Source of the DNA: Octopus vulgaris
Lineage: Eukaryota
Direction of reading: 5' to 3'
DNA length: 64,000 nucleotides
NCBI GenBank assembly: GCA_951406725.2
Contig: OX597827.1
Location: 4,774,001 to 4,838,000 of the forward strand
Shown here: positions 12,336 through 26,532 of the stretch, piece by piece
Numbering within the stretch: position 1 is the stretch's first letter
How the letters are laid out: each line of letters begins with the position of its first letter
Notes under the pieces: generated by a model
The model's input: only the letters and a program-made list of their open reading frames with translations
Told to the model about the DNA's origin: nothing
The model's database searches: none
Made by a program: the position numbers and the translations under genes

Positions 12336-13989
12336 GTTGTATAACAGAAAAATATTCAACCAGATAACTAAACATACTCAGTCGTCTTAAGATACTGCTA
12401 AGAACTCATCTAATGCAGCATACCTCACCAGTATATACAACCTAATGCTATTTAAATGGTTTTCAAACTAATTTCTTGTTGATTTTATTTAGGAAACTAA
12501 GGGATAGAGAGAGCTGTGTTATTTATAGATTTTACAGTTCTATAGACATAAAAGTAGGTTATTTATATATTCTCCTTCCCTTTGGTAGTGTGGAATAGTT
12601 CCTTGTTGAGTGTTTGCAGCAGTAATTAATTTAAGCTTCATTTTTAATTGCAAAATTTTACTTATCATAATCTTTATGGATTTTCTGCTACCTTTTAATA
12701 GATTGTTAATTTTTGTCATGTTTCCATCTTTGTTCATAATAATGAATAAATTGCTCTTATCGCTTTTGCATATTAACATTTTATAGTTGTTTTCCAGGCC
12801 TTTCAGAACCGTTGAGTTTCAGATTAACTGCTTTTTTATGGCTACGTGTATTTGTGTATATTGCTTTCAACTCAGAATAAGCTTTTAAGTTTATTATCTA
12901 TTTTAATTTGTTTTTTTCTTTTTGTTTTGTTTTTCTTTTATCTCAATTGATCAGTAGACTAGTTCAAGTTGAACTCTCTTTCAATTTAAGTCTATTTCCT
13001 TAATAATTGAAGGTATCAAAGTTGAGAAATGAAATTTGATCTTGAATCGGTCTGTGAAGGTTTAACAAATTTAGCTTCCTACTTGGCAGTACGATTCACA
13101 TTGTAGAAACTGTTAAACTCTTTCTTTGCATTATATGCATCTTATTTCCCATGAAAGGGATATTTGTAAATTATCAATAGCTATGAGAATATTATTAATA
13201 AATGTTTGTTATTTAGTGATTTGCTGTTGTCTTTCCTTAGATGTATAATTTCCACTTGTGGTTTTTCTATCTTCTATGCTAAGTTTATTTGGCTTTCAAT
13301 ATTTTGTCTGAATCCTATAGTGCAGTGTTGTATGTTTTGTCATAACATTTTTGTCTTTTGTGTATAAAGGAATATGTTTTTTTTAAAATATATGCTTTTA
13401 AAAGCACAGCCAATTCTCACAAGTGGGAAAGTCTAGAAACATTGATGGACCAAAGAAATGTATTGTTCCACTTAAAACACAAAGCACAAAGAAGGAACAA
13501 TAAAAAACCCCACTTTAATTAAAAAAGTTAAAACTGGACCATAGTCATGTTTTCTGTGACACACACACACACATGTGCATGTACACACACACACACCACA
13601 CACACACACACATGCCTGCTTACAATGTCTCATTAACTCTCTCTCACTCACAAACATGAAGTCTGGTTTCTGTCCAATTAGAATTGAAGAATGCTATTTG
13701 TTCCATGATTCATTGATATTCTGCAAGAAGAGAAAATTCCTATTATCATTAAAATAGATCATCTTACAAACCACGATTCATTGAAAATGATCTTGAGAAA
13801 TAAATTGAACGTAAATGTCAAATGAAATAATTAAGGATAGATAAGATGTTAGAAGTTCTGACTGCCTTAGGTGCAGCATTGTCAACGACTATCATGTAAA
13901 TCAAACTGACACGGTCATCTCCCTCATATAATATGCTGGTATCTTAAAAAAGGGAGGACATATCAGACAAAGTAGTCCTGGATTCTCTA

Positions 13990-14465
13990 TTCTTTCTTTC
14001 AGTCATTGGACTGCAGCCATGCTGGGGTGCTGCCTTCTGGAAGAGTTTTAATCAAACAAATTGCTCCTAGTTCTAATTTTTAGTGTGGTAGATATTCTAT
14101 TTGTCTCTTTTTCTGAACCACTAAGTCATGAAACCAGGAACAAACCAACATCAACCATCAAGTGATGGGGAAAGAGGGACAAACAGAAAGACGCACACAG
14201 ATATGCATACATGCATGTGCGCGTGTGCACACGCACACCCACACACCCACACAGACAAACATACACATGCACACAAATACACATACACACGCACATGCAT
14301 GCATGATGTGCTTCTACACAGTTTCTGTCTACCAAATTCACCGTTAAGGCATTGGTCAGCCTGTGCAGCATGTTGAGCTACACTTGCCCAACATGTTGCA
14401 CAGTAGGACTGAACCCAAAATCTTGTGGTTGCATAGTGAATTTCCTAACCACAATGCCATGCCAT
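13990..14465 (-). mobile_element. SINE family B, old diverged copy
   Basis: tttcagtcattggactgcagccatgctgg...cacttgcccaa...gactgaaccc, with an expanded CA tract. Confidence 0.7.
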
Positions 14466-14949
14466 GGTATATAAAAAAAATTAAAAACTAAAAGAAGAAA
14501 ATTGACATGGTTGGAATGTCTTTGATCATTGAAACTCACCTAGGGCCAAAACAAAAGCTATGTAATTTAAATAAAGTAAAGAAATGTAAATTGATTTAGA
14601 TGTAAGTTAATGGAATTAATATTAAAAGTTGATATAGAAAATCACTTATTATTTTATAAGCAAAAGAAGAGTTGAAAGATGGATAAAAGACGTCGACACA
14701 CAAATGAATATTTCCTGAAATATATGTTGCATAAATACTAATCAAAGAACATATACCTAAAGACCTTCACACTTTTTATATCAACCTGCATAAGTTCATT
14801 TTTGGTTCTACAACACATCCTCCTGTTTTATTTAACAACCTTCGGTTCAGTCATTTTACAAACAGCTTATTAATGAAAATTAGATATTTTTTACCAAAAC
14901 CTCCCCCAAATTCTTGATTATTTTCAAATTTAATTCAAAGATATATTGA

Positions 14950-15326
14950 GTGTAATAAGCATTATTACACACATGTGAGTGAGAACACTTTGAGATATTT
15001 TTGGTCAATCCATGGTGATGACCCGAGGTCACGGTGACAGCGCTGCTTCTGATTGGTCAATTCATGGTGATGACCCGAGGTCACGGTGATGGCACTACTT
15101 TTGTCATTCATAAGTTACAGCTAAACGTGAAGAATTTAGTTATTGGGTTAATAAAATATGGTCGTTTATTCGTGTGTAATAAATAAAATACCAAACTCAT
15201 TCCCTATGGATACCGTATTACAACGGGTGGCTTGTAAACGTATCTAACGAGAGAAAGTGAGTTAGATACGTTTACAAGCCACTCGTTGTAATAAATACGG
15301 TATCCATAGGGAATGAGTTTGGTATT
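14950..15326. mobile_element. Non-autonomous element with internal 52-bp direct repeat and ~62-bp-arm hairpin
   Basis: Direct repeat at 15001-15037 / 15053-15089. Hairpin arms 15187-15248 and 15261-15326. Short inverted motif ttattacac / gtgtaataa. Confidence 0.55.
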
Positions 15327-15590
15327 CTCTCTTTATCAACCACATATATTCAATGTACATGCCAGATGTACCTGCTGGTAGGCTGTGATTTGGCATGGTG
15401 GACAACACTCCCTTAAAGTGTCAAATGTCAAAACACCTGAAAGTCATGGACAGACAAGACAACTCACCTCTAATTCCATCCAGGTATGATGGACATTGAT
15501 GTTTCACTATTTTTGTGGCTTATCAAAATCACATAGCTGGACAGGATTGGAAATGACTCACATCGCCAGTCCACAACTTATATGCATATA

Positions 15591-15823
15591 TATTTCTTTA
15601 TTGCCCACAAGGGGCTAAACACAGAGGGGACAAACAAGGATAGACAAACGGATTAAGTCGATTGCATCGCCGCCAGTGCGTAACTGGTACTTAATTTATC
15701 GACCCCGAAAGGATGAAAGGCAAAGTCGACCTCCGCGGAATTTGAACTCAGAACGTAACAACAGACAAAATACGGCCACGCATTTCACCCGGCGTGCTAA
15801 CGTTTCTGCCAGCTCGCCGCCTT
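15591..15823 (-). mobile_element. SINE family C (ggcggcgagctggcagaa head; gcctttcatcctttcggggtcgataaattaagtacc central domain)
   Basis: B-box-like gagttcaaattc. The central domain resembles a conserved metazoan SINE domain. Related copies at 29705, 48977 and 8381. Confidence 0.85.
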
Positions 15824-16093
15824 CATATATATGCATATAGCATGCAAACTATGTGTGGATATGCTTACATTAGAATAAATCCAAATATGAAATAGAAGCT
15901 TCTATTTCATATTTGAATATAGATTGTATTTTAGTAGAAAAAAAATTGTTATGAAATGGTTAAGAATATTTTCACAATGCTTTTGTCTCTTTTGTTTGGT
16001 AAAGCAGTGGTTATAATACATTGAATCAGTTACATGGGACTAGAAATCTATGCGGAGTATTACAAAGCAATTTATTATCCAAGTAGAATTAAT

Positions 16094-16510
16094 TCTCTTT
16101 TTCTCTTTTCTCTCTTTTACTTGTTTCAGTCATTTGACTGCGGCCATGCTGGAGCACCACCTTTAATCGAGCGACTCGACCCCGGGACTTATTCTTTGTA
16201 AGCCCAGTACTTATTCTATTGGTCTCTTTTGCCGAACCGCTAAGTGATGGAGACGTAAACACACCAGCATCAGTTGTCAAGCGATGTTGGGGGGACAAAC
16301 ACAGACATACAAACATACACGCACATACACATATATATACATATATACGATGGGCTTCTTTCAGTTTCCGTCTACCAAATCCACTCACAAGGCATTGGTC
16401 GGCCCGAGGCTATAGTAGAAGACACTTGCCCAAGGTGCCACACAGTGGGACTGAACCTGGAACCATGTGGTTGGTAAACAAGCTACTTACCACACAGCCA
16501 CTCTTGCGCC
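16094..16510 (-). mobile_element. SINE family B
   Basis: Full-length reverse-complement copy. Confidence 0.88.
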
Positions 16511-16843
16511 TAATTCTGGAAGTAGAGAATAAATTTGGAAGAGCAAGCTCAAACAAAAGGACCTGAATATGTACAATATGAAGTTAATAAAACGATTCTT
16601 TAAAAGATAAGTGAGTTAGGGAAACAGCTATTCTCAAAATGCAAGAACAAATATGTGGTATAGACTGAACAGTCAATGAAAATACATCTGGTTCTGTAGA
16701 GAGTCAGCCTGGCAGATAGGAAGCTAATGTTCTAATTCAGCTACATGTATGTACTTTGAATATATCAGGATAGGTTAGGAACATGCTGTCCTACCCAAGA
16801 TAAAACAATAGCGAGCTTATAGATTTTTTAGAATGATAATAGT

Positions 16844-17232
16844 GGGATGGAAGCACTCCGTCGGTTACGACGACGAGGGTTCCGGTTGATCCGAATCAAC
16901 GGAACAGCCTGCTCGTGAAATTAACGCGTAAGTGGCTGAGCACTCCACAGACACGTGCACCCTTAACGTAGTTCTCGGAGATATTCAGCGTGACACAGAG
17001 AGTGACAAGGCCGGCCCTTTGAAATACAGGTACAACAGAAACAGGAAGTAAGAGTGAGAGAAAGTTGTGGTGAAAGAGTACAGCAGGGATCATCACCATC
17101 CCTGCCGGAGCCTCGTGGAGCTTTAGGTGTTTTCGCTCAATAAACACTCACAACGCCTGGTCTGGGAATCGAAACCGCGACCCTATGACCGTGAGTCCGC
17201 TGCCCTAACCACTGGGCCATTGCGCCTCCACC
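16844..17232 (-). mobile_element. SINE family A
   Basis: Full-length copy. TSD aatgataatagt (16832-16843 / 17233-17244). Confidence 0.9.
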
Positions 17233-17957
17233 AATGATAATAGTAGTGGTGACAGGAGTAGCAAGGAGGTAGAGGAGAAGGAGGGCATTGTTGTAAATTT
17301 GAGAATGACTGTTTTGGTAAAAGAGTACTTTGAAATGCTAAGCAAAATGTATTAAATTTGTGAATGGCTGCAAGAGATGAAAAGAGTACACTCTCCCTTT
17401 ATGTCTGTGGAATGTCAGAAGTAGCAGATGACTGGGATGTGAAAGGGAATAAGAAATGGAAACAGATGAAGTCAGCAGTAGAAATGATTCAACTTAAGTT
17501 TTTGTGTAAAGGGTGGCATGTTATGTGGTCATCATAGAGTCAGCAATCCTAAAGGATATATGGCTGAGAGAAGTGACATAAAGGTGGAAAAATATGTTGA
17601 GTTGGTAGAAGAATATAATGGTGTGGGCAGAGCTGTGGACAGTAAAGACTGTATAGGACTAACTACTGAGAGGTGAGTTGGGGTTTTGGATTTTGTTGAA
17701 AGGGGAGACATATTTGTGGTGTCTGTTGGATAGTGCAGAAGTTGGCCAGAAATATCGGAAAAGGTACTTCAGGGGGCATCTCAATGTAGTACCTACCAGT
17801 AACCAGAGATGTACAGTATTTAAATGGCTAAAATATCAATTAGGGTTGGTGATTCTGTGATACATAGCAAGAAACTTCATTTGTTGATATTTCATAAGCT
17901 TTTGTATAACAAAAGCAACAACAACAATAAAAGCCACAATAATGATAATCGATTTTT

Positions 17958-18300
17958 AGGCAGAATTGTTAGCATGCTGGGCAAAATGCTCAGCAGCATT
18001 TTGTCCATCTTTATGTTCTGAGTTCAAATTCCTCCGAGGTCGACTTTGTCTTTCATCCTTTTGAGATCGATAAATTAAGTACCAGTCAAGTATTGGAATT
18101 GATGTAACTGACTTTCCCCCTCCCACAAAATTTCAGGCCTTGTGCCTGTAGTAGAAAGGATTATTATTATTTTTATTGTTATCTTTTTTTTCTTCTTCTT
18201 TCAAATTTGCTTCCATTTCTTGCCGAGTGTCTTCCCAACTCCTAGGGCAAAGAAACTCATAGTATACATTGGTAGGCCATTAAACTAAACTCACTAGTTC

Positions 18301-18357
<57 letters not shown>

Positions 18358-18790
18358 GGTGGTGAGCTAGCAGAATCTTTAGCACGCTGGGTGAAATGCT
18401 TAACAGTATTTTGTCTGCTGCTACATTCTGAGTTCAAATTCTGCCGAGGTTGACTTTACTTTTCATCCTTTCGAGGTCGATGAACTAAGTTCCAGTCAAG
18501 TACTGGGATCAGTGTGATTGACTGCTCCATCCCCAGAAAAATCCAGGCCTTGTGCCTATAGTAGAAAGTATTATTATTATTGTTATTAGAATAATGCTAA
18601 TGGATTGGTAGAAATGAAAGAGTAACAAACAAAATGTTTTGCAGTATTTCTTCCAACTCTTTACATTTCGAGTTCAATTGTTGACTTTGCTTTTCATATT
18701 TTTGGGGTTAAAAATTCATATATCAGTGAACTACAGGTATATAATTGATTAATCACCTCCCCTCAAAATAGCTGACCTTGTATCTAGGAG
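17958..18790 (+). mobile_element. Stack of three family C-variant SINEs separated by (ATT)n
   Basis: Repeated gcagaa..ttagca...tctgagttcaaatt...ggccttgtgcct(g/a)tagtagaaag units, each followed by att runs. Confidence 0.75.
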
Positions 18791-18880
18791 AAAGCTCCAT
18801 CAAAAGTTTTATAATTTATTCGGTGATAAGTTATTTTCTTTCAGTTTGTAAGCAAGGGAGTTTTGTAACTTTTGCTCATA

Positions 18881-19297
18881 GGCGCAGGAGTGGCTGTGTG
18901 GTAAGTAGCTTGCTAACCAACCACATGGTTCCGGGTTCAGTCCCACTGCGTGGCATCTTGGGCAAGTGTCTTCTGCTATAGCCCCGGGCCGACCAATGCC
19001 TTGTGAGTGGATTTGGTAGATGGAAACCAAAAGAAGCCTGTCGTATATATGTATATATATATATGTGTATGTGTGTGTGTTTGTGTGTCTGTGTTTGTCC
19101 CCCCTAGCATTGCTTGACAACCAATGCTGGTGTGTTTATGTCCCCATTACTTAGCGGTTCAGCAAAAAGAGACCGATAAAATAAGTACTGGGCTTACAAA
19201 AGAATAAGTCCTGGGGTCGATTTGCTCGACTAAAGGCGGTGCTCCAGCATGGCCGCAGTCGAATGACTGAAACAAGTAAAAGAGTAAAAGAGAGTAA
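18881..19297 (+). mobile_element. SINE family B
   Basis: Full-length copy with agtaaaag tail repeats. Confidence 0.88.
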
Positions 19298-19571
19298 GAG
19301 TACCCTATCAGCTGGCTTAAAAGAAACAGCTGTCTTTTAGACATATATTATGTTTTTTGAAATATTTCTTGGTTTACTTGTTTCCAAGATGACATCTTTT
19401 TGCTAAGTAGTAGTAAAAGATGCTAGCTTGAGCATGGCACCAGATGTCTCCAAAAGTTTTGATAAAAGTTTTGAAAACAATAGCACAAAATTTGAAACCT
19501 GAACGACAAACTATGATGTCAGTTAAGCAAGTAGACACAGTGACAATCATAGACATTAACACTTTAAAATA

Positions 19572-19603
<32 letters not shown>

Positions 19604-19652
19604 CAAATGAATATGAATGAATAAACACAAACTCATTTGCTGTGAGACATAC

Positions 19653-19802
19653 ATCATCATCATCATCATCATCGTTTAACGTCTGCTTTCCATGCTAGCA
19701 TGGGTTGGACGATTTGACTGAGGACTGGTGAACCAGATGGCTGCACCAGGCTCCAATCTGATCTGGCAGAATTTCTACAGGTAGATGCCCTTCCTAATGC
19801 CA
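19653..19802 (-). mobile_element. Family E 3' fragment
   Basis: (cat)n-cgtttaacgtctgctttccatgctagcatgggttggacg. Confidence 0.75.
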
Positions 19803-19859
19803 TGCTCTTCCTAACACCATACAAATGATGAAAACATTATTTTCTGGTTAGCTCCCAGA

Positions 19860-21010
19860 AAATAAAAGAAGATGGAAGGTACTGTCTTTTTTGCCCCCAG
19901 AATACTTTCAGGAACAGACAAGGAGGACAGTAGCTTACTTATGTCTTGTCCACAATACGGGGTGTTTCCCTAAGCTTACAAAAGAACAGTTGAAACAGTT
20001 GATAGAAACCCTGAACCATATGTGGCCCAATGTGTGTTTCATCAACTGAGATGGAGTATATGGAAGTATGTGCCTGGATTTTAAGACCAAGAGTTGGTGA
20101 GATGACAATTAGAGTTGATTGATCACACACTTGCTAACGAGCTTCTGCTGTAAGAAATAGAATAACAGAAAACAAAAGCCATGACCAAAGACATTAGTTG
20201 TGACATTGATGCCTGGCTCATTTAACTTTTTAACACAATACAGCCAGGCAATAAGTAAGGAGGTAACATGAAATAAAATGTAGTCACATGGGGTTTGCAA
20301 GGAAAATTAGGTCTTAATAACCCCTGTGAAGCACAATGCTATTCTAGAGTTGTACTTCATTGTAGAAAGAAAAACAGTTAGACTGGTCATGCAGTGTAGA
20401 AAGCACAATTTTCCCACATGTGGTAGTAAGAGCCATATGAGGGCTTTTTTAACCCATAGAAACAGTAAAAAAAATAAAGAGACAAAAGGAGGGAAGAAGC
20501 TGACAATAGGAAAGGCAACAACAACAATAGGTACTAGAAACTATTGTTTCAAGAATTATCAGTCCTTAAGGCTAAGGTGCCAATGACTTAGAAGATGATA
20601 GGTCTCTCGCCAAGTAGTTCCACTCCAGTGACTTGCAATGATTGGGAACAAATGGAGGCTAAAGAGGAATGGAAAACTGTTAGGGATGTCTAAAAAAAAA
20701 AATGAAAGAAGTCACAGAACAAGAAGAATGAGCCCAAGTGGGAGACAAACAAGATCTGTTTCTTTGTAAGTCATGAGATTCATAGTTCTTTGAATAACCA
20801 ATAAAGGGATGCTGGATTATCTGAACAAACTGAAGTGAGATTTGGAGAGTGATGAGCTGATTGGGAAGATAGGGTCATATTTTGTTGAACACTTAAAAGA
20901 TAGACAGCTTGTAAGAAACAAATTAGTAGTGTGCTCAAGGTCAAAACAGGACTTGAGCCTTGCTGAACACCAAGAATGCTTTCAGGAGTACTGCAATTAA
21001 ATACTGGGAG
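19860..21010 (-). mobile_element. Highly decayed Jockey/CR1-like LINE remnant
   Basis: Minus-strand pieces such as YTPSQLM...GHIW and GVQQGS. Frame heavily broken. Confidence 0.35.
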
Positions 21011-21254
21011 AAAAGGTAGTTGATATAAAAGAGTGTCCTGAACCAACCTAAGTGGCAGCATCACATGAGGTTACCCTTATTTGTTAATATTTTTTTCATA
21101 TATATTTATTTTGTTTATGTGTATATTGTGTAATGCTTTTCTCTCAGCCTCTCACTTTCATATAAATTGCGTTTATCCCAATATATCTAGTAATCCCATT
21201 GTAATACGTTGTGGTATGAATGGACACTGGTGGCAAATAGAATGAAGAAATCAT

Positions 21255-21900
21255 TATTGAAGGTGTTGGATAACATCATCAACTGAATGCTGGACAAAAC
21301 TCCTTTTGATACAAAGTTATGTCTTTATATTCTAAGTTTCAATGTTGCCAAGGTTGATTTAGCTTTTCAACCTTATGAGATCAATAAAATAAGTACTTGT
21401 CAAGTTAATTTTATTGAATATTTCTCACCTAAATCAGAGAACATATTATTATTATTATTGCTGCATTAGATTAGAAGATTGGTTGAGTGGCACATAAAAT
21501 ACCTTCATCCTTTTAAATTCTGAGTTCACCAACCACTGATGTCAGTTTTGCCTTTCATCCTCCCAGAGTAGATACACTAAGTATAATTCTAGTATTTTTG
21601 TCAATCTAATCATCTCTTCATCAGATATTGGGGCCTTATCATCATCAGATATTAGGGCCTCACGTATGAAGCCCCAAAATCTGTAGCCTCATATTTATAT
21701 TAAAATCTTTTATTGTTGTTATTATTGTTAAGGCAGTGGAGTGGAAGAAGCAACAGGTGCAGCAAACTAAATTTTCAAAAGTATTTAGTTATAATCCATT
21801 TCATTTCTGGGTTCAAACTTCACCAAAGTGGATTATATCTTTCATTGCACTAGGGTTGATAAAAAAAGTTACCAGTTTAGTACTGTTGTCAGCTACACCA
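21255..21900 (+). mobile_element. Stack of highly diverged family C-variant SINEs
   Basis: Residual ttctgagttc / gcctttcatcc / aataagtac motifs separated by att runs. Confidence 0.5.
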
Positions 21901-22170
21901 TTACCCACAACATGTGTGACATTGTTCCATTACTTTTTATTCTTGTTTATACAGTGAAGATGATTGCTGGAAAGGAAAATGTTTTTTCTTTCTCATTAGC
22001 TCAGATGACTTCAAGCAGAAACTATTTTTAGAATAATGGCTGCTTCAAGCAATGTAGGAATTCATATAGTGTTGATGTTTTTTTTGGAAAGCCATGCTGG
22101 CTGTGACTATTTTTGCTACAATATTTTGTGCTTACCTACATGATTGCTTTAACCTAGCATCTGACTACTC

Positions 22171-22900
22171 ATCGTCATCATCATATGCCTGTTTTTCATG
22201 CTGGCATGAGTTGGACAATTTGACAGGAGCTGGCAAGGCACCAGATTCCATTATCTGTTTTGGCTTGGTCTCTATGGCTGGATGCCCTTCCTAACACCAA
22301 TCACTCCACAAGTGCACTGACTGCTTTTTATGTGGTACCATTACAGGTGCTTTTTAACATGGTACCTACAGAGTGTACTGCGTGCTTTTTACATGACACT
22401 AGCACCAGTGCTTTTTATGTGGAACCAGCATCAACCTTTTTTTACATGGAACCAGCACCCATGCTTTTTGTGTGGCACCATCACCAATACTTTTTACATG
22501 AGTGGGAGGGCCTTCTTGAGTACAGCAATGCACCATATTTCTTGCTCCTTTGTAAATTCATTTGTAAGACTCAGCTTTTTGAGATTGGCCTTCAATACTT
22601 CATCTTGTGTCTTCCCGGGTTTCCCTCTTCTACAACTTCCACCCACTTCAAGTGATCAGCTCTTGTTTATGCAACTATCCTCATCCTAATGCATCACATG
22701 ACCAAACCAGTGCAGTCTTTTCTCTTGCACGCTGCTCCTAATTCCTCTTATGTCTAAGTTTTTCTCTCAGTACACTGGCACCCTGTCACACATGTACACA
22801 GACATTGCACATCCAGCAGAGCATTCTCAAGTCTTGGCATGTCCTCTGCATTCAGAGCCCACATCTCTCTTAAGCAATATTATGGTCTCCACTTGCATCA
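22171..22900 (-). mobile_element. RTE LINE 3' end (ORF tail plus family E-type 3' UTR)
   Basis: Minus-strand remnants resembling SE.WALNAED..RLE, continuous with the family E terminal sequence. Confidence 0.65.
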
Positions 22901-23220
22901 CTGTTGATTTATATAATTCTTTTCGCTTCTTTATTAATGTCTCAGGGTTTTCTTTACATAATTATCTGCTTGGATATGGGAGAAGTGAGTTCCAAATACA
23001 ATGCATTTTGGAATTTGGTTATGTCCCTTCACATTCTCAGTAACATGTTGTTAAGGTCAACTTCCATCTTTCTATGGGTGATAAAAGACCTGTCAGTAGG
23101 TACAGAGGTAGAGTTGACTGAAGATACCACCAAAGTAATGTAAGCCTAAGTTAGAAAATATTATTACAATATCATCATACTAATAACAGAGTGCTTCTGT
23201 TGGAAGCCAGCAAGTTACTC

Positions 23221-23567
23221 GTCATCATTTAGCGTCCATTCTCCATGCTAGCATGGGTTGGACGGTTCGACCGGGGATCTGGGAAGCCAGAAGGCTGCAC
23301 CAGGCTCCGGTCTTATCTGGCAATGTTTCTACAGCTGGATGCCCTTCCTAACGCCAACCACTCCGTGAGTGTAGTGGGTGCTTTTTACGTGCCACCTGCA
23401 CTGGTGCCAGGCAAGGCTGGCATCGGCCACGGTCGGATCGGTGCATTTTACGTGCCACCTGCATGGAAGCCAGTCAAGGCGGCACTGGCTTCGGCCACGA
23501 TTCGGATGGTGCTTTTTATGTGCCACCGACACGGAAGCCAGTCAAGGCGGTGCTGGCATCGGCCACT
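23221..23567 (-). mobile_element. Family E retroposon
   Basis: Same 3' end as the 12047 copy, with ~3 diverged 63-bp units. Confidence 0.8.
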
Positions 23568-24096
23568 GAGAAATCCTCAATTGTTATTAAATTCAAGCAA
23601 CTAAAAAAATGAGAATAAAAATGATTTGGTTATATGAAAGTTTGCTTGGCCATACAGAAAAATACTGGATAGTCAACCAAATATGGTAATAAAAGATAAA
23701 GGAAGAAGTTGAGTAGAATAATTGATATATCATGTACTTTAGAGAAATGTATCTTTAGAAGAAATAGAAAAGTTTTCAAAATATAATAACTGAGACATAG
23801 CAAGATTGTGTGACATGGATACTGCTCTAGATCCCATAGACACAGGAATGTACTGAGTAATGATGAATGATATGTAAATATAAAAAAGAAAGTAGATAGC
23901 TACTAACATCACATAACTTAAGAATTAGAAAAAATTTGTACTTTTAGGAAGTATTTATATTAAAAAAAAAAAATCATCTCTAAAGGATGAAAAATAAGGA
24001 AAGAAAGTAACAGAAAGAATAACGAACAGTTCTACACAATCAGTGGTTATTGTGCACCAGAATGATACCTGCATATTACTCACACATGCATGCATG

Positions 24097-24137
<41 letters not shown>

Positions 24138-24377
24138 CCACTGACAGTGACAACATTGACTTTCAAATAGCAAGGATGGGGGAGAACTCCTGCATGGTTG
24201 CTTTTCCAACGCACAAGATTTATATACAAAATCCAGTGTGGCATACAAAGAAAGAAAATAATAAACAATAATGTCTTTTATTTGTTTCAATAGCAACAGA
24301 GACAACAGAGACAATTCAATTCATTTCAGAACAATACAATGTAACTGAGAACAATACAAGGCCATAGAAATATTCAA

Positions 24378-24427
<50 letters not shown>

Positions 24428-24483
24428 GCACACTCACGCACACGTATATATATATATATATGCACACTCATGCACACACATAA

Positions 24484-24537
<54 letters not shown>

Positions 24538-24693
24538 GCGCATGCATATATAATTATTGTTGTAAAGATATGAATAATATAATAAATACATGAACTATAT
24601 TAGTAATAACAATAGTATGAAGAAGAAAAACTTATAACCATGAATCTACTCTACCTTAAAGTTAAGAAATAGCTTCATTAGAGTAGAGGACAA

Positions 24694-24694
24694 G

Positions 24695-24773
<79 letters not shown>

Positions 24774-24795
24774 TAATAATAATAATAATGATGAT
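24694..24795. repeat. (TAA)n microsatellite
   Basis: Directly visible. Similar runs at 18303-18357, 27796-27857, 42110-42287 and 42502-42601. Confidence 0.95.
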
Positions 24796-24930
24796 TTCAA
24801 ATTTTTGTCACAAGAGCAGCTTGGTGAAGGGATTTAAGTCAATTACATCAACCCCTTACTAATGATTTTGCCAGCTCACTGTCTTAATAGTAATAATAAC
24901 AATAATATTAATAATAATAATGATGATAAT

Positions 24931-25490
24931 GGAAACTGAGTGAGAGGTGGGGGTAGAGAGAGGCAAGATGTGGTATGAGCACAAACCCCAGAGACTAGTA
25001 AAATCCTCTGGGATTTCCTAATCCGAACAGATCAGGTATTAGAGTATAACAGACCAGACCTAGTGGTGATGGACAAAGTGCACCACATATGCTATATAGT
25101 TGGTGTTGCATGCCCCTTTGACTCGTGAATAGTCAAAAAGGAAGGTGTAAAGATAGGTAAATACAACCCTCTTGAGTATGAAATAGCCTGGTTGTAGAAA
25201 ATGAAGAAGGTGAAGATAGTGTCAAGTATTGTTGGGTCCTTGGGAATAGTACCAGAAGGCATCAAGAGGAATATAAAGGAAATGGGAATAGAGTGCCCAG
25301 TAGAACTGTTACAAAAGTTTTGCCTCCTTGACATGGCCAGAATAATCAGGTAAGTATTAAGTAGCTGAGCAGAATGAATAGCATGGTACCATGGGCTGCA
25401 GGTAGTAAGCCTGTTATGCATGCAAGGCTCAAGGAGCTCCAACAAAACCTGTGATAAATAGAAAATAATAATAATAATAATAATAATAAT
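24931..25490 (+). mobile_element. R4/Dong-type LINE 3' fragment (restriction-like endonuclease domain) in (TAA)n
   Basis: WYEHKP...ILWDFLIRTDQVLEYNRPDLVVMDKVHHICYIVGVACPFD...KIGKYNPLEYEI...IVGSLGIV...LLQKFCLLDMARIIR, then a short 3' UTR and (TAA)n tail. TAA runs also lie upstream. Confidence 0.82.
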
Positions 25491-25497
25491 GATGATG

Positions 25498-25835
25498 CTT
25501 TCTGTTATAAGCACAAAGTCTGAAATTCTGGGGGAGGTGGCTAGTCAATTACATAGACCCCAATACTTGACTGGTACTTAATTTATTGACCCCGAAATAA
25601 TGAAAGCCAAAGTTGACTTTGCCAACTTGCCACCTTAATACTAATTAAAATTTTGTGGGAGAGGGTAAGTCGATTACATTGATCCCAGTGCTTGATTGGT
25701 ACTTAATTTATTGACCCTGAAAGGATGAAAGGCGAAGGCTACCTCAGTGGATGTTGAACTCAGAATGTAAAAACAGACAAAATGCCATTAAGCATTTTGC
25801 CTGGCATGCTACCAATTCTGCCAGCTCACCATCTT
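25498..25835 (-). mobile_element. Family C-variant SINE stack
   Basis: Two reverse-complement units (ctggtacttaatttattgaccc...gaaagg), adjacent to (TAA)n. Confidence 0.7.
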
Positions 25836-25838
25836 AAT

Positions 25839-26500
25839 CTAGTATATATAAATCACAGTATGTGTGTGTGTATAATGACTAACACATACATTTCCACAAT
25901 TCTCAACCGATTTTCACCAAACTTTACACACACATTACTTATGTCCCAAGGATGGTCATGCACAACAACCTTTTGCCCAGAGCTCCTGCATAAATGAACG
26001 TAAATGGACATAGTTTTTTGTATGTAGTCTTCCATACTTTTCTTAATCTTTTTATAAAAGTGAAGGAGTTTGTCTATTTATATAGCAATGACTGAGAGGG
26101 AGTGAGAGAAAGTAATAGTAATAAGAGACAGGAAGTGGCAAAGAGAGCGTTGTGTATCTCCTACTATAATAATCTATAATAATACTCTTGTGTATTTCTC
26201 CGTCACAACATATGAATGAGAAAGGAAGGGGTGATCCACTGATGGAAGTGGAATGGTGAAAAGTCAATGATGAAACAAAAATCAAACAACACTTCAACTC
26301 TGTGTGAGTGTATGTGTGTGCACGTAAAAGGGAGGAGTGTGAATGTGTGTGTTTGTGTGTGTGAATGTGTGTGTTTATGTAAAATATATATAAAATACAT
26401 TTGAGTGAGTGTATATGTGTTTGTGTATGTTTATTTAGAAAGATACATAGAAAATAGAATTACAGACACTTGCACATTTACACATACATACATACATACA

Positions 26501-26532
<32 letters not shown>

